Sequence record: PQ799574.1 | Reading direction: 5' to 3' (one strand) | From: Escherichia phage vB_EcoM_Maryam | Length of the DNA stretch: 64,000 nt | In this document: positions 59,512 to 64,000 of the stretch, one piece after another | Numbering within the stretch: the first letter of the stretch is position 1 | Layout: each line of letters opens with the position of its first letter | Translations under genes and position numbers: made by a program | The notes under the pieces: model-generated | Told to the model about the DNA's origin: nothing | Seen by the model: the letters and a program-made list of their open reading frames with translations, nothing else | Database searches by the model: none

Positions 59512-60195
59512 TTATCGTTTTGTTGGAAGAGATAGAGGATCGCACTCTTCCTCTGATGGAGCGTCTTCAAGACCCATCGCATAGCGCAAAGCATACTTCA
59601 TCATCAGGATGTCTTTCGCACAGTCATGAATAGAATCATGCGCAACGAATCCATCTAAAGTTCCCTTTGGAAGAGGACATGTGGTCATATCACGAACAAG
59701 CAGAAGTGCTTCAATTCTGGTACGAATATCACGCTGATTCCAGAATTTACATGGTTCTAACTTAAATGTGTCAAGCTCATTCTCAGATACACCATTAAGG
59801 CGTTGAATATCACGAATGAGATCGACTAAAATTGGAAAATCAAACGACATTCCACGGCACCAGCCTTGAGATTTCCAAGGATCGATATTATGTGCATTGA
59901 TGTAATCATTAAATTTCGCAATACCGTCGATAGTGCTTACATCTTCATCGGACGGTGCAATATTTTTTCGAGCTTCAGGAGACTGATTTTTCCACCATTC
60001 GATAGTGCTTTTAGTAAAAAGACGGTGTCCTTTTTGGCTTTTTAAATCAAATTTGATTTTAATGCCGCGTGAAACTAATTCATCAAATGTTTCAACTACT
60101 TCTGGGTTAGGGTCAAAAGCAATTACAGCTAAATCAATAACAGCTGCTTTTTCACCACTTCCCATTGTTTCAAAATCTATAATAAAATCAAACAT
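59512..60195 (-). CDS. dexA: exonuclease A DexA (DEDD family 3-5 exonuclease)
   Basis: 227 aa; FDFIIDFETMG exo I motif. Confidence 0.85.
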   Translation of the reverse strand: MFDFIIDFETMGSGEKAAVIDLAVIAFDPNPEVVETFDELVSRGIKIKFDLKSQKGHRLFTKSTIEWWKNQSPEARKNIAPSDEDVSTIDGIAKFNDYINAHNIDPWKSQGWCRGMSFDFPILVDLIRDIQRLNGVSENELDTFKLEPCKFWNQRDIRTRIEALLLVRDMTTCPLPKGTLDGFVAHDSIHDCAKDILMMKYALRYAMGLEDAPSEEECDPLSLPTKR

Positions 60196-60452
60196 TAAAT
60201 TTTCCTTGCTAAATCGCGAATTTGACCTACAGTATAATCTTGGATATAAACTTTATTAATAGGCTCATCAATAAATTTTGACATAGATTCAATATCTTTT
60301 TGTATCTCTTCAAGACTGTATACTATCTTTAAAGCTTTTTCGCGAATAGTAATATTTTCAGGACCCTGATTTTCTTCAATGACAGCTTTAACATTTGTCA
60401 TAAGAGATTTAAATTGGTACCAACTTAATTCAATCATTAATAATCGCCTCAT
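60195..60452 (-). CDS. small protein (tandem paralog)
   Basis: 85 aa; LEEIQKDIESM. Confidence 0.45.
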   Translation of the reverse strand: MRRLLMIELSWYQFKSLMTNVKAVIEENQGPENITIREKALKIVYSLEEIQKDIESMSKFIDEPINKVYIQDYTVGQIRDLARKI

Positions 60453-60690
60453 AAAGATAGCTAATTTCGCCTAAAACATAATCATTAATTGTAACAGTTT
60501 TCACTTCACCGCAAAAGAATTCTAACGCAATTAAATCTCGTTCAATTTCTTCTAATTGAAGCATCAACTTATTAGATTCAATTTTTACAGTTTCACGATT
60601 TTTACCATGAGCAATTTCATAAATTTCGCTAATTTTATCCTGAAGAAGATAAAACTGATCTTTAGTTATTTCCACGAATAGCTTCCTCAA
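60430..60690 (-). CDS. small protein (tandem paralog)
   Basis: 86 aa; LEEIERDLIAL. Confidence 0.45.
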   Translation of the reverse strand: MRKLFVEITKDQFYLLQDKISEIYEIAHGKNRETVKIESNKLMLQLEEIERDLIALEFFCGEVKTVTINDYVLGEISYLYEAIIND

Positions 60691-60922
60691 ATTTAATTAG
60701 TAATTTACAGACACTTTCATCTAGTGTAATTACCGTATCTGTATTACTGTGATATGATTGTTTTTCAATTCGTTTAATTGCTAATATAGTATCACTTATA
60801 AGATAAAGCTTATGAAGGAGCTCAGCTCCTGTTACCATAACATTAAGATTATCTTGCTTATTAGTATGCTTCCTTATACCATCTATTAGACGATTTAAAT
60901 ATTTTGAATTGATGTTAATCAT
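60662..60922 (-). CDS. small protein
   Basis: 86 aa. Confidence 0.45.
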   Translation of the reverse strand: MININSKYLNRLIDGIRKHTNKQDNLNVMVTGAELLHKLYLISDTILAIKRIEKQSYHSNTDTVITLDESVCKLLIKFEEAIRGNN

Positions 60923-60928
60923 ATATCC

Positions 60929-62248
60929 TCACACATAAAATACGTCATAACGACCACGGGTAACACCAACATAAAGAAGTTGTTGAGCCAATTCAGCATC
61001 TGCATAATGAATACAAGGCGTATAAATGAAAGCACGGTCTACAGACATACCCTGAGCTTTATGGAATGTTGATGCAGGAAGTGCTTTCACTTTACTGAAC
61101 TGCGATTTAGCATCCCAAAAATCACTCCATGGAGCTTTTCCGCCTTTGTTCCAATTTTTATAAGTTTCTGCCGTTTTACCTAAAAATAGGTTAAACTTAT
61201 ACAATTCTTCATCAGATGAAATTATTTTAATCTTTTCACGATAATATTCATCATCGCCATAAGTTTCTACTGTTAAATCCCAATGACGAATTAAGTATTC
61301 CCCAGAAACACCACGAGCTTTAACAAACGTTGATGTATACTCTGCTTCTATAATACGAACTAATTGTCCGTTATTAAAAATAATTTCTGACACAGGCTTT
61401 CCATCAATTTTATATGTTTTAATTAATGGTTCCTGCATTACAATAATTTCACCGACAATAAAATCTTTATCAGTTTCAAAAATCTTTTTACGAATGATGT
61501 TATTTAACTTGTCAACAGATTTATTCGTAAATGCCATTACGCGATTTTCAAACAAATCATCTAGTGATTTTACGATTGAAAAATAATTTACCATAAAATC
61601 GCGTAAAGCGGTATCACCAGTAAATCCACGTACTCCATGCCCGTCAACAACTTTATCATAAATCCACTTACCGTTGCGAACATCAGTAGCTACATCAATA
61701 ATAGGAGCATTACTGCGTTTAACTTCAGTGAGTTCACACTGATAAAAATCTTTGTGTGTAAAGAATGGACTGATATAAGCAGTATTTTCTCCTGGGTCAA
61801 CAGGTCTAATTTGCTTATTATCGCCTATTCCAATTATAGTACACCACGGCGGAATAGTTGAAAGCAGAATTTTAAACAGCTTTCTATCATACATTGACAC
61901 TTCGTCACAGATTAATACTCTGCATTTAGCTAAATCTGGTACTTCCTTCTGCTCAAAGAGGACATTTTCTTCATATGTTACCGGGTTAATTTTAAGAATG
62001 CTGTGAATAGTACTCGCTTCTTTCCCTGATAGTTTTGAAAGAATCTTTTTAGCTGCATGAGTAGGAGCTGCTAAAATAATACCAGTTTCACCCGTAGATA
62101 TTAGGGCTTCAATGATGAATTTTGTAAGAGTAGTCTTACCAGTACCAGCAGGTCCATTAATAGTTACATGATGTTTCTTTTCTTTAATAGCCTTCATAAC
62201 AATGTTAAAGGCATTTTTCTGGCCTTCTGTCAAATCATCAAATGTCAT
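60929..62248 (-). CDS. dda: DNA helicase Dda (SF1B)
   Basis: 439 aa; Walker A GPAGTGKT, Walker B LICDEVSM. Confidence 0.9.
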   Translation of the reverse strand: MTFDDLTEGQKNAFNIVMKAIKEKKHHVTINGPAGTGKTTLTKFIIEALISTGETGIILAAPTHAAKKILSKLSGKEASTIHSILKINPVTYEENVLFEQKEVPDLAKCRVLICDEVSMYDRKLFKILLSTIPPWCTIIGIGDNKQIRPVDPGENTAYISPFFTHKDFYQCELTEVKRSNAPIIDVATDVRNGKWIYDKVVDGHGVRGFTGDTALRDFMVNYFSIVKSLDDLFENRVMAFTNKSVDKLNNIIRKKIFETDKDFIVGEIIVMQEPLIKTYKIDGKPVSEIIFNNGQLVRIIEAEYTSTFVKARGVSGEYLIRHWDLTVETYGDDEYYREKIKIISSDEELYKFNLFLGKTAETYKNWNKGGKAPWSDFWDAKSQFSKVKALPASTFHKAQGMSVDRAFIYTPCIHYADAELAQQLLYVGVTRGRYDVFYV

Positions 62249-62556
62249 CGGAAAGTCCCTGCAATTGGAATACTAACAATACGCCCAGTATCTAGAATTC
62301 GTTGATATAATCTTTGTGTATCTACATCAGGCTTAACATGTTTAACTTCTATTTTATTAAACCAAAATTTACGTGGGGTCTCAACTAATCTTGGAATTCC
62401 CTTACCTAAAGCTAGTTTATATTGGTCTTTGAGAGTAGTAAAAACTCTATCAGCAATCTCTCTTTCAAAAAACACAGCAGGACGATGTTCATCAAGTGGA
62501 ACTGGCGCCGTAAATCCGTCTTTGTCTCGGTAAACTATCGCATATACATAAACCAT
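62245..62556 (-). CDS. hypothetical protein (dda.1 position)
   Basis: 103 aa. Confidence 0.5.
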   Translation of the reverse strand: MVYVYAIVYRDKDGFTAPVPLDEHRPAVFFEREIADRVFTTLKDQYKLALGKGIPRLVETPRKFWFNKIEVKHVKPDVDTQRLYQRILDTGRIVSIPIAGTFR

Positions 62557-62557
62557 A

Positions 62558-63313
62558 TTATCCTCGGATAAGTTTAAAAATTGAACAATTTAGCGGGTAT
62601 CCTCTTTTCAGTTTAAGTTTATCAATAAAAGACAAGTTTTGATACCGCTCTACACCTTGAATAATTTTATCACACATATCATATTGCATTTCTGCTTCTG
62701 ACAACTTTTTCACAATTTTCCAATCCGAGCCTTTAAGAAGAACGTTCAGTTTAACAACTTCAGCGCCTTCTGCTATGCGAGAACCATCAATACGAGCTTT
62801 AAGTGCTATAATCTTTAGCTTAATGTCAGAGGTCTGTTTTGATTTAGAAAGCTGAGAAATGTGTTCAATTCGATTTTCACGTTTTTTCTGTATAGCTTTA
62901 ATTTGATTATAAGTCTTTTTGATTTTAGCCCATTTCTTTTCATCTAAATTTAGTTTATGAACTTTTTTCGCAGATGAACGACCAATTCGCAAAGCAAATA
63001 AATCCCGTTTTTCAATCAACTCTTCTAAAGTATAATCAGAACGAAATGTATTATACTTTTTCTTTACTGCAATAACATTCCCTTTAATGTATCCAATGTT
63101 ATTATCAAAACGTTCTAATGATAATTTCTCTCCTTCAATACGATTATCAAAAGGTTCTCCCGAGTAAGCACAAACTTTTTGATCTAAAATGTTCTTAATG
63201 TAATTGAAGTCTAAGTTAAAATCTTTAGAACGTCTTTTTGCAGATGCCTGAGTATGCTCTAAACGACGTTTAATTTTACGAATTTGATTATTAGACATAT
63301 TATGCAGTTTCAT
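62558..63313 (-). CDS. srd: Srd-like protein (by position and size)
   Basis: 251 aa basic protein downstream of the mod-like gene, upstream of dda. Confidence 0.55.
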   Translation of the reverse strand: MKLHNMSNNQIRKIKRRLEHTQASAKRRSKDFNLDFNYIKNILDQKVCAYSGEPFDNRIEGEKLSLERFDNNIGYIKGNVIAVKKKYNTFRSDYTLEELIEKRDLFALRIGRSSAKKVHKLNLDEKKWAKIKKTYNQIKAIQKKRENRIEHISQLSKSKQTSDIKLKIIALKARIDGSRIAEGAEVVKLNVLLKGSDWKIVKKLSEAEMQYDMCDKIIQGVERYQNLSFIDKLKLKRGYPLNCSIFKLIRG

Positions 63314-63344
63314 ATTTTTCTCACATCTTACGGACGATTGACTA

Positions 63345-63378
63345 CTATACTATAACATTTTTACCTTGGCTTGTAAAC
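63345..63378 (-). promoter_or_regulatory. T4-type early promoter, minus strand, for srd
   Basis: reverse complement ttgtttacaagccaaggtaaaaatgttatagtatag. Confidence 0.6.
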
Positions 63379-63434
63379 AATTTTATGAAAAATGCTTTAA
63401 AAATTTCATGGTATAATGAATCTAAGTCCTTCCA

Positions 63435-63992
63435 TTATAGATTAAATCCTTCAAAATCAAGAGTATAGATAGTGTATGTTGAGTACTTTTTGTACTCATA
63501 TCTATCTGCAATTCTAAATACACTTCCAGCTGGTATCATTACTTCTTGTTCATCTGAAACTAATTCCATATTACGATAACGATGACTATCCGGAAACTTA
63601 AAGTTTGGATTGTATTCTTTACAGCGTAGAGCTTTTATAGCATACTCCTGGAAATTGAATACCATAGGAGCTTTGAATTCAAAAATAACTTGTGTGTTAT
63701 ACTCTAAACCAGAAGCAAAATGTAGAGCTATATTTTTATCATATGAAGCTGATACGACTTTATCAAATGTAATAATATCAATTCCTTGATTTAATACTTG
63801 TTTAGTCTCAGCTGGAACACCTCTCCAAAGAGGTTTATCGTTTGGAACCAAACGAGATTTGATTATTTCATTTAACCAAGAATGATCGTCTGGTTTATTA
63901 GTAATACAATGAATTAAAAGTTCAATTTCAGATAAATTAAACCCTTCAGAAAGTAATTCTTCACGAATAGAAGCACGCACCGATGCATCCAT
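63435..63992 (-). CDS. modA: ADP-ribosyltransferase ModA-like
   Basis: 185 aa; ART-like R (LWRGVP) and S-x-S elements; position upstream of srd; start lies near window edge. Confidence 0.5.
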   Translation of the reverse strand: MDASVRASIREELLSEGFNLSEIELLIHCITNKPDDHSWLNEIIKSRLVPNDKPLWRGVPAETKQVLNQGIDIITFDKVVSASYDKNIALHFASGLEYNTQVIFEFKAPMVFNFQEYAIKALRCKEYNPNFKFPDSHRYRNMELVSDEQEVMIPAGSVFRIADRYEYKKYSTYTIYTLDFEGFNL

Positions 63993-64000
63993 TGATTTTA

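Noticed and set aside
63391-63417. Plus-strand MotA-box-like TGCTTTA plus TATAAT near 63391-63417
   Set aside because: It would drive antisense transcription into the minus-strand mod-like gene; more likely a chance match in A/T-rich intergenic DNA next to the minus-strand srd promoter

Overview
This 64-kb window is a densely coding, AT-rich piece of a T4-like (T-even, Tevenvirinae) myophage genome. Gene identities were assigned by reading motifs and by recalled similarity to phage T4 proteins and gene order; no database search was run. It is not T4 itself: topoisomerase gene 39 is one unsplit 606-aa ORF, and the lysozyme and internal-protein genes differ from T4. From 1 to about 45,990 the window runs from baseplate genes 5/53 through genes 4-2-3-1, 57A/57B, an internal-protein gene, a cluster of nine tRNA genes with an embedded GIY-YIG homing endonuclease, nudE, lysozyme e, regB, tk, nrdC, endonuclease VII (49), nrdD-nrdG-nrdH, sigma factor gene 55, alpha-glucosyltransferase, genes 47/46 and rpbA, with long blocks of small unknown ORFs between them. 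The most striking feature is a synteny break at 45,988/45,989: only the first 19 codons of sliding-clamp gene 45 are present, fused head to head to the first ~25 codons of motA on the other strand. Beyond it every gene is on the minus strand (topoisomerase 52, denB, rIIB, rIIA, gene 39, dexA, dda, srd, modA-like). Other points worth follow-up are internal-protein genes sitting in repeat-flanked cassettes, a family of near-identical early-promoter cassettes on both strands, a nucleotidyltransferase plus AAA ATPase pair, and several arrays of paralogous small ORFs. No CRISPR array, integrase or intron was seen.
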